A DNA stretch of 54,379 nt from contig CAZXLK010000002.1 in the NCBI GenBank assembly GCA_964641775.1, positions 1-54,379 of the forward strand. Direction: 5' to 3'. Position 1 is the stretch's first letter. Each line of letters starts with the position of its first letter. Below the pieces are notes generated by a model that saw only the letters and a list, made by a program, of their open reading frames with translations, had not been told where the DNA came from and made no database searches. Source of the DNA: an uncultured bacterium (GTDB lineage Bacteria; Chlamydiota; Chlamydiia; Chlamydiales; SM23-39). Position numbers and translations under genes: made by a program. Below, in pieces: positions 43,497-52,715 of this stretch.

Positions 43497-43724
43497 ATCG
43501 TTTTCCTATTTCTATTCCTTCTCAAGATCTGCTCTGCGAGCAAGCGATAAATGCTATCAAATCGAGCTATTTAACTCAATTTTTCATTTTCCGCCTTAGG
43601 ACTCGCGCTTAACCCAAGGCCCAAGGCCGGGGTGGCATTCGAGAGTGAGGGATCGTTCGCAAGAACGATGTTTTTAATACTGGCTCAAGATCATAAGGAA
43701 ACACTGAATTTTAAGCAAGCGACC

Positions 43725-43868
43725 CGTGAACGTGAACGTTTGCGCTTGCGTTACCGTACCGTTTCCCGAAAAACGTGAACGGGTAAGGAACGTGAACGGG
43801 TCGGGCACGCAAGCGCCAGGGGTCCCCGAAGACGCATCGTCTTTGGGGTGGAAGCGTTCACGTTCACG
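43725..43868. repeat. 144-bp composite palindromic element of the hexamer family carrying the 33-nt hairpin module (core 43819-43851)
   Basis: The outer arms CGTGAACGTGAACG (43725-43738) and CGTTCACGTTCACG (43855-43868) are exact reverse complements. Internal GCGCTTGCG / CGCAAGCGC pairing is present. The core is GGGGTCCCCGAAGACGCATCGTCTTTGGGGTGG. Confidence 0.9.
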
Positions 43869-43875
43869 AATGCTG

Positions 43876-44376
43876 TCAATCTTTATTTGAATTTCTTCTC
43901 GGAATCGTGATCCGCTCACCATCCTTAAGAATTCTCCTTCTTCTCAAAAATTTCGGATCGGCATCCTCGGATAATTGAATTTTTGATTTTAAATCGCAAA
44001 TCCGGCTACCTGGTGGCAAAGCCAATTGAATTCCATCTACAGTTATAAAAATCTCTTGAAGGGGCTCAATCACCAAGGACATACCGACTCTCACCGGGCT
44101 GTCAAGATCCAATCCTTTGAGATTGGCAAAGCGCCTAGGCCGGCTTTGGGCAATAATATCGCCAAGTCTTTCTCCAACCTTTGCGCTATAGGACCCCGAC
44201 TTGATCACATCTCCGGATATTTGGATCACTACTGTCTTTGCTTCTTTTTCAAGACAAGCTTCAATCTCCCCTTTTTTTCTCCCTTCATGAAGGTGAGAAA
44301 TCAAAAAAAGAGAAGTCAAAAGGATAATAAAACTGGCAGCTAGAACCCATTCCGAAGTCTGCAAAGTTTTTTTCAT
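43876..44376 (-). CDS. Membrane-anchored SLBB-domain protein (ComEA N-terminal-like, no HhH motif seen)
   Basis: 166 aa with an N-terminal TMS (WVLAASFIILLTSLFLISHL). VVIQISGDVIKSGSYSAKVGERLGDIIAQS...NLKGLDLDSPVRVGMSLVI resembles the SLBB pattern V.V.G.V..PG.y.l..g.rv.D.i..AG. Confidence 0.5.
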   Translation of the reverse strand: MKKTLQTSEWVLAASFIILLTSLFLISHLHEGRKKGEIEACLEKEAKTVVIQISGDVIKSGSYSAKVGERLGDIIAQSRPRRFANLKGLDLDSPVRVGMSLVIEPLQEIFITVDGIQLALPPGSRICDLKSKIQLSEDADPKFLRRRRILKDGERITIPRRNSNKD

Positions 44377-44426
44377 GAAAATGAGGGAGTTGGGGCCCCC
44401 AAAGATGGAGCCCCCTAAAAAATGAT

Positions 44427-45233
44427 TTAAATGTCTAAAAAGTTGATAGTCTTATAAGGCATTGTTTCTGAATAAAGATCTTTAGAGATTGCCAAGACAG
44501 CCGTTAAAACCCCGAGAGTAGTCAGAGCAATCCCGGAGAGAACTGATACTCCCGTTGTTGCCAAAAGGAGTCCGAAAAAGCCGGTAGCTACTGAAATCAC
44601 ATCTTTTATAACTTCAAGCATATTGCATATTTTGGTCTGCTCCACTGTATCTGCCATTTCCGGTGGTACACCCACAAGATCAATGCCTGCCGCAACAACT
44701 AAATTTTCTGCCTTCAAATCCAGGCTAATCACATCTTGGCCAAAAAACAACACTTCTGCAAAAGAAAAAATCCCTTTATTCAGCTGTGTCGTATTTCTAA
44801 AGAGAGTTGTAATGCAACCCATGGAATGAGCTGACATAGCCGCAAAACCAGCTACTTCGCCAAAGGCGTTTTTTACTCTGTATTGTACTTGCCCATTCGT
44901 AAGTCCCGGAGTTTGAAATGCATCTTGCGCTTTTTTGACACTTTCAAACACTCCATCTTTCATTTCCCAGGTTCTGGTACCTGTGAGTACAAAAGATGTC
45001 CACATCGTAAAACTTCTTTCGTGAAGGGTATCTAAAGCTTCAACTCGGCTTTGACCAAAATATTGTAGATAATCATTGAGCGCCTTTGGAGCTTTATCAA
45101 AGAATTGTCCCAAACGAAATAATCCTCTTGCTGACCGAAAATAGTTATTGACTGCTTGACCTAAAGTGTGGTCGCCCGGATTTGCTCTCAATGGTGGATA
45201 TACTTGTTGATTATGCTGTACTCCTGGTGCCAT
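44427..45233 (-). CDS. Inc-like membrane protein with a C-terminal bilobed hydrophobic domain (Cap1/CT529 position), paralogue A
   Basis: 268 aa. The C-terminus is VISVATGFFGLLLATTGVSVLSGIALTTLGVLTAVLAISKDLY. It is paralogous to the neighbouring gene (shared KAENLVVAAGI / DAENVLVASAI blocks). Confidence 0.6.
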   Translation of the reverse strand: MAPGVQHNQQVYPPLRANPGDHTLGQAVNNYFRSARGLFRLGQFFDKAPKALNDYLQYFGQSRVEALDTLHERSFTMWTSFVLTGTRTWEMKDGVFESVKKAQDAFQTPGLTNGQVQYRVKNAFGEVAGFAAMSAHSMGCITTLFRNTTQLNKGIFSFAEVLFFGQDVISLDLKAENLVVAAGIDLVGVPPEMADTVEQTKICNMLEVIKDVISVATGFFGLLLATTGVSVLSGIALTTLGVLTAVLAISKDLYSETMPYKTINFLDI

Positions 45234-45279
45234 AAAACCTCTCTTGTTAAGAAGGGGAAAAGTATAAAGACCGGCAGAA

Positions 45280-46113
45280 TTAAAGTACAGTTTGGCATGA
45301 AATGAAATCGATGGGCTGATACTCCATCATTTCTTTGTAGACACTAGCAACTAAGCCCAAAACTAAAGCTAGAATGGTGAGACTCAAAATGAAAACAGCA
45401 GGTATGATTGCAGCTCCTGTCAACATAACTTGCAGAGCTAAAATTGCTGAAATACATGCTGTGATATTCTGTGCAAGAGATAAAGTATTATACACTTTTG
45501 TCTCATCTACAGCTTTTCGGATATCTTTGTTTGCATTTCCAAACTGAATGGCGGAGGCAACAAGAACATTTTCCGCATCCATTTCGATACTCGTAATTGT
45601 TTGTGCAACTGTTAAGGCACTGGTAGCAACTAAAAGACCTGGGGCAGCGGGTATTGTGGGAAATAAACATGCGCCTGTTCTGGTATATAGCTTGGCGGTG
45701 CTTGTAACAGAGACAAATCCTTTAGTTGTGGCCAATTTTTTCTCTGCGTAAGTCTTCTTGGAGTCTTTGAGCACTTTTAGTGCATTTTTCACATCGGCAA
45801 GAGCTTTAGGAGTTTTTTCTAACATTGCAGGAAAAGCTATCATCGCATCAAAATAGTTTGGAGATAGAATCTGTTTATCTTGCGCAGTCCAAGTAAAGCC
45901 ATTTTTCAAAGTATCATCAATTTCGGCAGCCATTTTAGGGATTTTGTTATAAAGCTTTTCCACACCCAAATAGCCATCAGATGTTCTGAGACATCGGAGT
46001 AGCGAGCTATTGAGGCCATGATAATTCGACACCTTTTCTTTGGAAACCATATCCAAAGGGTGATTTGGCTTTAAATTAATTATAATTCTTCTTAATTGAT
46101 TTACTTGTCCCAT
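45280..46113 (-). CDS. Inc-like membrane protein with a C-terminal bilobed hydrophobic domain (Cap1/CT529 position), paralogue B
   Basis: 277 aa. The C-terminus is ITACISAILALQVMLTGAAIIPAVFILSLTILALVLGLVASVYKEM. Confidence 0.6.
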   Translation of the reverse strand: MGQVNQLRRIIINLKPNHPLDMVSKEKVSNYHGLNSSLLRCLRTSDGYLGVEKLYNKIPKMAAEIDDTLKNGFTWTAQDKQILSPNYFDAMIAFPAMLEKTPKALADVKNALKVLKDSKKTYAEKKLATTKGFVSVTSTAKLYTRTGACLFPTIPAAPGLLVATSALTVAQTITSIEMDAENVLVASAIQFGNANKDIRKAVDETKVYNTLSLAQNITACISAILALQVMLTGAAIIPAVFILSLTILALVLGLVASVYKEMMEYQPIDFISCQTVL

Positions 46114-46173
46114 AATTCACTAATATTATAACTAATATCGGAATAAAATAAAACATAGTAAAAATTTTAACAA

Positions 46174-47094
46174 TTAGAAACTGGGTAATTCTGAGAAGCC
46201 TCTGAGCCAGTCAGCTACTTGCATGACCTTCTTCCCTTCAGGCTGAATCTGTATGATTTTGAGCGATTTAGAGCCGCATCCAACAACTCCGTCTTTTGAA
46301 ATAATTCCTTTACGCCCTTCTTGTTCAGAAAGCTCGGTACGGAAAATTTTTACCCGTCTTTTTTCTCCTCCCGGCATGTGGGCAAATGTCCAGGCCCCAG
46401 GCTTAGGAGAGAAGGCCCTTACTTGATTGTGAATCTCTTCTGCACTCTTTCCCCAATCAATTTCCGCCTCTTCCACCCTCACTTTAGATGCATAGGTAAC
46501 TAAGCTATGATTTTGAGGCTCTCCCTTGGGAATGCCTTCCTCATAACCTTGCAAGACAAGGAGAAGTAAAGGCTTGGAAAGCTCGCAAAGCTCATCATGG
46601 AGCTCCCCTAACGTCATATCGGGTGGGATTTCTAAAACGGCAGTTGCAATCACATCTCCCGCATCTAACTCTTTGACCATTTTTTGGATGGCGACCCCCG
46701 TCTCTTTTTCCCCATTCAAAAGAGTCCTTTGCATAGGCGCAGCTCCCCGATATTTTGGAAGAAGGCTTGCATGGACATTGATGCAGCCTTTAGGGGGAAT
46801 ATCCAAAAGCGTCTGCGGCAAAATCTGTCCAAATGCGACCACGACAAAAAGATCGGCGCCCAATTTTTTCAGCTCTTCCAAAAAGGGAGGCTCTGAGCAT
46901 TTTTGAGGCTGAAAGATAGGAATTTTTTGATTTTGAAGGGCAGTTTTTACCGCAGATGGGCTTAGCTCTAGAGATCTTCCTTTTGGCCTATCAGGTTGCG
47001 TCACAACCCCAACTACCTCAATTCCGGCCTCTAGCAAATACTCTAAAATCGATGCTGCAAATTCAGGAGTGCCAAAATAGACTATTTTTAGCAC
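46174..47094 (-). CDS. fmt: Methionyl-tRNA formyltransferase
   Basis: 306 aa, [19 protein letters not shown]...[11 protein letters not shown]...[18 protein letters not shown]. Confidence 0.95.
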   Translation of the reverse strand: MLKIVYFGTPEFAASILEYLLEAGIEVVGVVTQPDRPKGRSLELSPSAVKTALQNQKIPIFQPQKCSEPPFLEELKKLGADLFVVVAFGQILPQTLLDIPPKGCINVHASLLPKYRGAAPMQRTLLNGEKETGVAIQKMVKELDAGDVIATAVLEIPPDMTLGELHDELCELSKPLLLLVLQGYEEGIPKGEPQNHSLVTYASKVRVEEAEIDWGKSAEEIHNQVRAFSPKPGAWTFAHMPGGEKRRVKIFRTELSEQEGRKGIISKDGVVGCGSKSLKIIQIQPEGKKVMQVADWLRGFSELPSF

Positions 47095-47918
47095 TCTAGT
47101 AGATCTTCTTCAAATTCGTTCGATTTACTGATCCCTTCGAGCCCCATAAGCCCCCTTTTAGAGCTTCTACAAAACTCAATCCAATGCTTGATTTCGGGAG
47201 TTTGCAAGATTTGCTTTTCAATTTCAGAGAGCGACTCATCCAAATGGAGTCCCGAACGATAGGTAAGCTTAAAGGCTTTGCTAATTGCAATTCTGGTTTC
47301 TAAGGGAAAAGACTGCCTTTTCAGTCCTACAATATTGATTCCTCCAAATTTATAGGGAAAGCCTCCTCCTAAAGTATAAGGAGGGATATCTCTTAAAACC
47401 CCGCTAAATCCCCCAACCATAGCATAGCATCCAATACGGGAAAATTGATGCACCGGCGTCATTCCTCCAATTCTCGCGTAATCGCCCACGATCACATGAC
47501 CTGCCAGCGTTGCATTATTCGACATAATGACTCTGGTGCCCACTTCGCAATTGTGCGCGACATGGCAATAGGCCATGAGTAGACATTCATCGCCAATCTT
47601 AACCGTTGAATTTTCCTGGCAAGAGGAATTGATCGTCACATATTCGCGGATATCGCACCGTTTGCCAATTTCAACTAAGGTTTTTTCTCCGCGATATTTC
47701 AGATCTTGCGTTTTGGTTCCGATGCTAGCTCCGGGCCAAATCGTCGTCCCTTCGCCAATTGTTGTATACCCATCGATATAGGCATGCGATTTGATGACGA
47801 CATCATCTTTCAATTCGACATGTTCTTTTACAACAGCAAAAGCCTCAACGACGACATTTTTGCCGATTTTCGCCCCTTTTTCAACGATTGCAAGAGGATG
47901 GATATTTGTTTTTTCCAT
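47088..47918 (-). CDS. lpxA: Acyl-ACP--UDP-N-acetylglucosamine O-acyltransferase
   Basis: 276 aa with hexapeptide repeats ([19 protein letters not shown]...). Position between fabZ and fmt as in CT531. Confidence 0.9.
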   Translation of the reverse strand: MEKTNIHPLAIVEKGAKIGKNVVVEAFAVVKEHVELKDDVVIKSHAYIDGYTTIGEGTTIWPGASIGTKTQDLKYRGEKTLVEIGKRCDIREYVTINSSCQENSTVKIGDECLLMAYCHVAHNCEVGTRVIMSNNATLAGHVIVGDYARIGGMTPVHQFSRIGCYAMVGGFSGVLRDIPPYTLGGGFPYKFGGINIVGLKRQSFPLETRIAISKAFKLTYRSGLHLDESLSEIEKQILQTPEIKHWIEFCRSSKRGLMGLEGISKSNEFEEDLLEC

Positions 47919-48368
47919 TTATAATTGTTCCCGATCCACCAAAGCAAAACTCAAGACGGCCTCTGCTGCCATTTTATCTCCAATCATCGCTTTTGTATCC
48001 ATTTTGCCTCCCGTTGAACTGATATGGAGTCCTTTTGCGTGAAGATGCAACACATCTCCCGGCAAAACAGGTTTTCGAAACTTAGCATTAGTCACATTCA
48101 AAAGCACAGCGATTTTTTTTGCATATCCTTTTTGATGCACTAAAATGCCTCCTGTTTGAGCAAGAGCCTCCAAGATCAAAACTCCCGGCATAATGGGAAT
48201 ACCCGGAAAGTGGCCTTGGAAAAACGGCTCATTCACTGTGACATTTTTTACCCCAATGATTTCCCCCTCATCCAAATCGAGGTGAATCACTCGATCCACA
48301 AGTAAGAAAGGGTAGCGATGGGGCAAAATATTTTCAATTTCTTTAGCATTTAAAATGGGGGCTTTCAT
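47919..48368 (-). CDS. fabZ: 3-hydroxyacyl-ACP dehydratase FabZ
   Basis: 149 aa, [13 protein letters not shown]...[23 protein letters not shown]. Confidence 0.95.
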   Translation of the reverse strand: MKAPILNAKEIENILPHRYPFLLVDRVIHLDLDEGEIIGVKNVTVNEPFFQGHFPGIPIMPGVLILEALAQTGGILVHQKGYAKKIAVLLNVTNAKFRKPVLPGDVLHLHAKGLHISSTGGKMDTKAMIGDKMAAEAVLSFALVDREQL

Positions 48369-49240
48369 GGGTTAATTTTTTTCTCAAGATTTAGGGTTTT
48401 GGAAATAGTTTTAGCAAAGGCAACATTGCTGGAATGACCGGATCGCACTGCAATGATATGAGCGAGAAGGGGAAATCCAATGAGTGCAAGATCTCCAATG
48501 AGATCTAAAATTTTATGGCGCACCATTTCATCTTCAAAACGGGCTCCTTCCGGATTTAAAATCCTCCCTCCCTGGATCACCAAAGCATTTTCCAAGCCAC
48601 CGCCTTTAATGATCCCTTTCTCTATGAAAGGGACAATTTCTTCATATAGCGAGAAGGTGCGGCATGATGCAATTTCTGCTTTATAACGAAGCGGCTGCAA
48701 AGAAAACGAATAATATTGGGAACGAAGAAGGGGCGAATGGGGATAATGCATCGTATAACTCACTCGAAATTCTTGCGCGGGCAATGCAATGAGATTGATA
48801 TCGCCATTTGACCAATAAATTGGCTGAGTAATTGCGACAAATTTTCTTGGGGTATTTTGGATGGCAATCCCTGTCTTTTCAATCAGATCGACAAAAGTTA
48901 ACGCGCTTCCATCTGCTGCGGGAAGCTCGGGCCCCTCGACTTGAATTTCGGCATTATCAATCCCATAAGCATAAAGGGCGGACATCAAATGCTCCACCAT
49001 GAGAATGCTCGCTTTTTCATTTGCAAGACGGGTACACCTCGGCGCTTCTCGCACGAAAGATAAAAGCGCCGGAATCCTCGGTTTTCCCGGAAGATCGACT
49101 CTTTTAAATACAATTCCCGAATCAGGAGGGAGCGGAGAAATTTTAAAAGAGACTTTTTCTCCTGTGAAGAGACCAATCCCCGAGACGGAAGCTTCATGTT
49201 GGAGAGTTTTCTGCATGTCAGCAGTCTGAGTCTGGGTCAA
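48365..49240 (-). CDS. lpxC: UDP-3-O-acyl-N-acetylglucosamine deacetylase
   Basis: 291 aa, [27 protein letters not shown]...[14 protein letters not shown]. Confidence 0.95.
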   Translation of the reverse strand: MTQTQTADMQKTLQHEASVSGIGLFTGEKVSFKISPLPPDSGIVFKRVDLPGKPRIPALLSFVREAPRCTRLANEKASILMVEHLMSALYAYGIDNAEIQVEGPELPAADGSALTFVDLIEKTGIAIQNTPRKFVAITQPIYWSNGDINLIALPAQEFRVSYTMHYPHSPLLRSQYYSFSLQPLRYKAEIASCRTFSLYEEIVPFIEKGIIKGGGLENALVIQGGRILNPEGARFEDEMVRHKILDLIGDLALIGFPLLAHIIAVRSGHSSNVAFAKTISKTLNLEKKINP

Positions 49241-49485
49241 ACAAGTACCTCGTCACAAACGAGTCTTTTTTTCGGGTTCAATTCAATATTAAAACAACAA
49301 AAAATTAACCCGAAAGTCCATTTCGACGCAACTTTTTCTTGAAGATACCGAAATGATTTGAAGAATCGGGAATATGTCAAGGAGGCGCCCCGATTTTTGT
49401 CCAAGATTTCTGGCGCCGAAGCAGCTAAACTTAAAAAGTTTAGCGATGCAGGCGGGACAAAAAGCGGTGGCTGACCGACGCAGCC

Positions 49486-49518
49486 GGGGTCCCCGATGAC
49501 GCATCGTCATTGGGGTGG
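49486..49518. repeat. Solo copy of the 33-nt hairpin module overlapping the lnt stop codon
   Basis: GGGGTCCCCGATGACGCATCGTCATTGGGGTGG. The stem is CCCCGATGACG / CGTCATTGGGG. The lnt stop TGA is at 49507-49509 (minus strand). Confidence 0.85.
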
Positions 49519-51162
49519 CGTCGACAGAAACCGATTCTTCAGATTATTTCGGTATAAGTAAAGGAAGAAACTGAGGATGCTAATGGTTAGGATACACGCA
49601 TCTCCCCAAATGGTGTATAAAGTTGCCTCGGAAAAAACGGGAACGGTTAAAAAAAGCGCACCTTTTTTTCCCGGCGCTTTCATTTGGACCACCCGGCCAT
49701 AAGAATCGATGCCGGAAGTGATACCCATATTGCTCGCCCTTAAAAGGTAAACTCCATTTTCTACTGCGCGAAGTCTTGCATGATCAAAATGCTGCCGTGC
49801 GAGTTTTGAATTGGGAAACCAAACATCATTGGAAATGCTCACCAAAAGCTCAGCCCCTTTTTTTCTTAAATCCCGAACAAGCTCTGAATACATTTCCTCT
49901 AAACAAATAGGAGTCCCGATCGGAACATGGGATTGAAAAATTCTCGCTTCTTGTCCTACATCAAAAGACTCTTTGATTCCAAAAGATTTTTCTAAAAAAT
50001 TCACTACCCAGTCAAATTGAGAAAAGGGAATATATTCTCCAACAGGGGTTAAAATCCTTTTGTCATACCGCTCCATTTCTAGACTGCCGGGCTTAAATAA
50101 AAAGGCCGCATTCGTCCATTCATCTTCGCCATTATAATAATCGAGCCCTGTAATGAGATCGGCACCAAAATGATTGGCAAGGGCTTTTGCAAAATAGACA
50201 TTGGTGGCCATCCAATGTGTTTCTCCATTCTGCTCATAAGGCAAAGCAAATGGAGCCTTTAGGGGAGGCAAGGCATCAATGCTGCCGAAATAATCTTTCC
50301 ATGTTTTTTCGGCGATCGGCACGGGGCAAAATGCAATATCTGTTCGATAAGGAAACGCAGCCTCCGGCAAGACGATGAGATCCACTTTTTTAGTAAGGCA
50401 ATCCCAAACCCTTTGCCATTGAGCGAGCGGCGGGATAAAGGATAGAGGCTTTTGGCAATCCCGATTTTTTTCTTCTACCAATAAAGAGGTATCGACAAGA
50501 GCTACCGTTATCTTCTTTTCTACTTTGCTAGGATGTTTTATATGAATGAGCCCATAGCCGTAAGGAAATAGGACAAGAAAGAGCCAAACACACCCATTTT
50601 TCCAGTTTGGTTTGACGAGGACCCTTAACCCAAAAAAATTGGTCCCTATGACCCAAAATGTAAGACCATAGACCCCAAAAATTGCGGCAAGCTGCATCGA
50701 ATAGTCACTGCATGCAAGACTGAGTCCTGCCGGATTCCAGGTATATCCTGTAAAAACATAAAGGCGTGTCCATTCCAAAAGGGTAAAAGCGCCTGCCACC
50801 CCAAGACCTTGCAAAACTTTTGCCTTTTTATCTACGATCATGGAAACGAGTGCAAATTGAACACCCACTAATAAAAGTAGTCCAAGATAGACAATCAAAA
50901 TCATTGGACCCATATAACGGGTCTCGGTCATCCAGGAAAGCTGGACGCTATGTGCTGCCACGAACCAAAAAAGACACAATATAAACCGATGTTTTTTTTG
51001 ATCCAGCTCCAACATAGAGCGCCAAAAAAGGGCATATCCCAAGGCGGAAGCGAGTATCCCACAGACAGGAATCCACGCCGGCTGCCCAAAGGCAACCAGA
51101 AAAAAACTGACAAAGATATTAATAATCTTCAGGGTATTCCCTTTCCCTACCATGTGCACCAT
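49507..51162 (-). CDS. lnt: Apolipoprotein N-acyltransferase
   Basis: N-terminal multi-TMS region plus a CN-hydrolase domain (DLIVLPEAAFP). The track start at 51189 is TTG; ATG candidates are at 51162 and 51153. Position equals CT534. Confidence 0.85.
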   Translation of the reverse strand: MVHMVGKGNTLKIINIFVSFFLVAFGQPAWIPVCGILASALGYALFWRSMLELDQKKHRFILCLFWFVAAHSVQLSWMTETRYMGPMILIVYLGLLLLVGVQFALVSMIVDKKAKVLQGLGVAGAFTLLEWTRLYVFTGYTWNPAGLSLACSDYSMQLAAIFGVYGLTFWVIGTNFFGLRVLVKPNWKNGCVWLFLVLFPYGYGLIHIKHPSKVEKKITVALVDTSLLVEEKNRDCQKPLSFIPPLAQWQRVWDCLTKKVDLIVLPEAAFPYRTDIAFCPVPIAEKTWKDYFGSIDALPPLKAPFALPYEQNGETHWMATNVYFAKALANHFGADLITGLDYYNGEDEWTNAAFLFKPGSLEMERYDKRILTPVGEYIPFSQFDWVVNFLEKSFGIKESFDVGQEARIFQSHVPIGTPICLEEMYSELVRDLRKKGAELLVSISNDVWFPNSKLARQHFDHARLRAVENGVYLLRASNMGITSGIDSYGRVVQMKAPGKKGALFLTVPVFSEATLYTIWGDACILTISILSFFLYLYRNNLKNRFLSTPPQ

Positions 51163-51586
51163 GCAAAATGACAATGAGAAGACCGCCAAGGATGGCCAGG
51201 TTTTTTAAAAATGCAGAGATAGCAAGGGTTTTTTCAGTCCCTTCTAAAAACCAAAAATGCTGCATCAAGATGGTTGATGGGACAAGGACAAGGATCAAAA
51301 AAAATGCCCCCAATTTTTCTTTAATACCGAACAAAAGAAGGAGGGCCCCCAATATTTCTAAAAAGGTTAAGACCATCAAAATCACAGGAAGCCAGACGAC
51401 TGCCCCGTTAAAAAAACCTTGAAAGCCTTGCCAAGTGGTCGTATGAATTTGCCACTCGCCAAAAACAGAGATGAGCTGTTTTTCGACATTTTTCCAATAA
51501 AGTATTTGATATATTCCAGAAACAAGAAAACCTATAGAAAGGAAGATTCTAGCTAAAATAGCCACTAAGGCCCTTAATATTCCCAT
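51119..51586 (-). CDS. DoxX-family small membrane protein
   Basis: 155 aa, 4 TMS, ILARIFLSIGFLVSG...LGGLLIV pattern. The family call is tentative. Confidence 0.5.
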   Translation of the reverse strand: MGILRALVAILARIFLSIGFLVSGIYQILYWKNVEKQLISVFGEWQIHTTTWQGFQGFFNGAVVWLPVILMVLTFLEILGALLLLFGIKEKLGAFFLILVLVPSTILMQHFWFLEGTEKTLAISAFLKNLAILGGLLIVILHGAHGREREYPEDY

Positions 51587-51620
51587 ATACTAAGAATGTC
51601 AAAACGTATAAATTAGCGCC

Positions 51621-52715
51621 ATGAAAACCCCATTTTGCGATTATCATATTGCTTCTTTTTTTACTCAGTACCTGCAAAAAAAGAGCCCTTTGGATTTGGC
51701 CCTCTCTAAATATTTTAAAGCACATAAAAGCCTGGGCTCAAAAGACCGCAAGATCATTGGCGACACTGTTTATGGGATGGTCCGGTGGAAATCCTTGATC
51801 GACCACCTATGCTCTTCCCCCGAACACCTGGACAGGATCCATTGCTACAAAAACCTCGATTGGAAAAATATTCCCATCCGTTTTGCCCTCCCAGAATGGC
51901 TTTACTCTAAACTCGTAAAAGATTTTGGAGAGATGCAAGCCCAAAAGCTATGTAAAATTTTTAATACCGAAGCGCCTGTTACAATCAGAGCCAACCTTTT
52001 AAAAACGACTCGGAATCAGTTATTAGAGCGCCTCCAAGGCCATCCTACGAAACATGCCCCTCATGGGATCCAATTTGCCAAAAGGCTTCCCCTATTTTCC
52101 TACCCTGAATTTAAAGAGGGTCTTTTTGAAGTGCAAGATGAAGGGAGCCAAATGGTCTCTTTAGAGGTTGCGGCAAAACCCGGCGATATTGTTCTCGATT
52201 ATTGCAGCGGCTCCGGAGGCAAAACCCTGGCCTTCGCCCACCTCATGCAAGGACGGGGTCAGATTTATCTGCATGATATCCGCCCCCAAATCCTAGTGGA
52301 AGCCAAACAAAGGTTGAAGAGGGCCGGCATTCAAAATGCCCAAATTGTAAAATCAACTCCGGCCCATCTCAAAGGAAAATGCGATTGGGTCTTAATTGAC
52401 GTCCCTTGCTCAGGAACCGGCACCTTGAGAAGGAACCCCGACCAAAAGTGGAATTTGGATCAGGCTGCTATCGATCGTCTGATCATCGAACAAAGAACGA
52501 TCGCTAAAGAGGCAATCTACTATTTGAAACCAAATGGCAAACTAGTCTATGCAACCTGCAGCATTTTAAAAGAAGAAAATGAGGCCCAAGTAAAGCATTT
52601 TCTTGAGACTCTTCCTCTTCATCTGGAAAAACCCCCATCAATGCTTTTTCCACAGGAGGGGGGAATGGATGGATTTTTCGTTGCTACCTTTAAAAAAAAC
52701 GGTTATGATTCTTAG
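51621..52715 (+). CDS. rRNA cytosine-C5 methyltransferase, NOL1/NOP2/Sun (RsmB-like) family
   Basis: 364 aa. SAM motif is VLDYCSGSGGKT. The catalytic Cys motifs are IDVPCSGTGTLRRNPD and YATCSI. Confidence 0.85.
   Translation: MKTPFCDYHIASFFTQYLQKKSPLDLALSKYFKAHKSLGSKDRKIIGDTVYGMVRWKSLIDHLCSSPEHLDRIHCYKNLDWKNIPIRFALPEWLYSKLVKDFGEMQAQKLCKIFNTEAPVTIRANLLKTTRNQLLERLQGHPTKHAPHGIQFAKRLPLFSYPEFKEGLFEVQDEGSQMVSLEVAAKPGDIVLDYCSGSGGKTLAFAHLMQGRGQIYLHDIRPQILVEAKQRLKRAGIQNAQIVKSTPAHLKGKCDWVLIDVPCSGTGTLRRNPDQKWNLDQAAIDRLIIEQRTIAKEAIYYLKPNGKLVYATCSILKEENEAQVKHFLETLPLHLEKPPSMLFPQEGGMDGFFVATFKKNGYDS

Noticed and set aside
31735-43612. Numerous antisense or out-of-frame ORFs across the ribosomal-protein operon, for example 31950..32300, 38086..38466, 39599..40111 and 41479..41814.
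   Set aside because: Every one overlaps an unambiguous ribosomal protein, rpoA or secY gene.
43652-43675. Hairpin ATCGTTC-GCAA-GAACGAT followed by TTTTT on the plus strand, resembling an intrinsic terminator.
   Set aside because: No plus-strand gene ends upstream of it. It lies in the 5' leader or promoter region of the minus-strand rplC operon, and on that strand the T-run precedes the stem. It may be a leader structure, but I cannot support a call.
43674-43922. 82-aa minus-strand ORF across the composite palindrome.
   Set aside because: It is entirely repeat-encoded and overlaps the 3' end of the SLBB gene.
52603-52704. TTG-initiated 5' extension of the SurA-like ORF.
   Set aside because: It overlaps the methyltransferase gene by more than 100 nt. 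The ATG at 52705 or 52720 yields a normal signal peptide.
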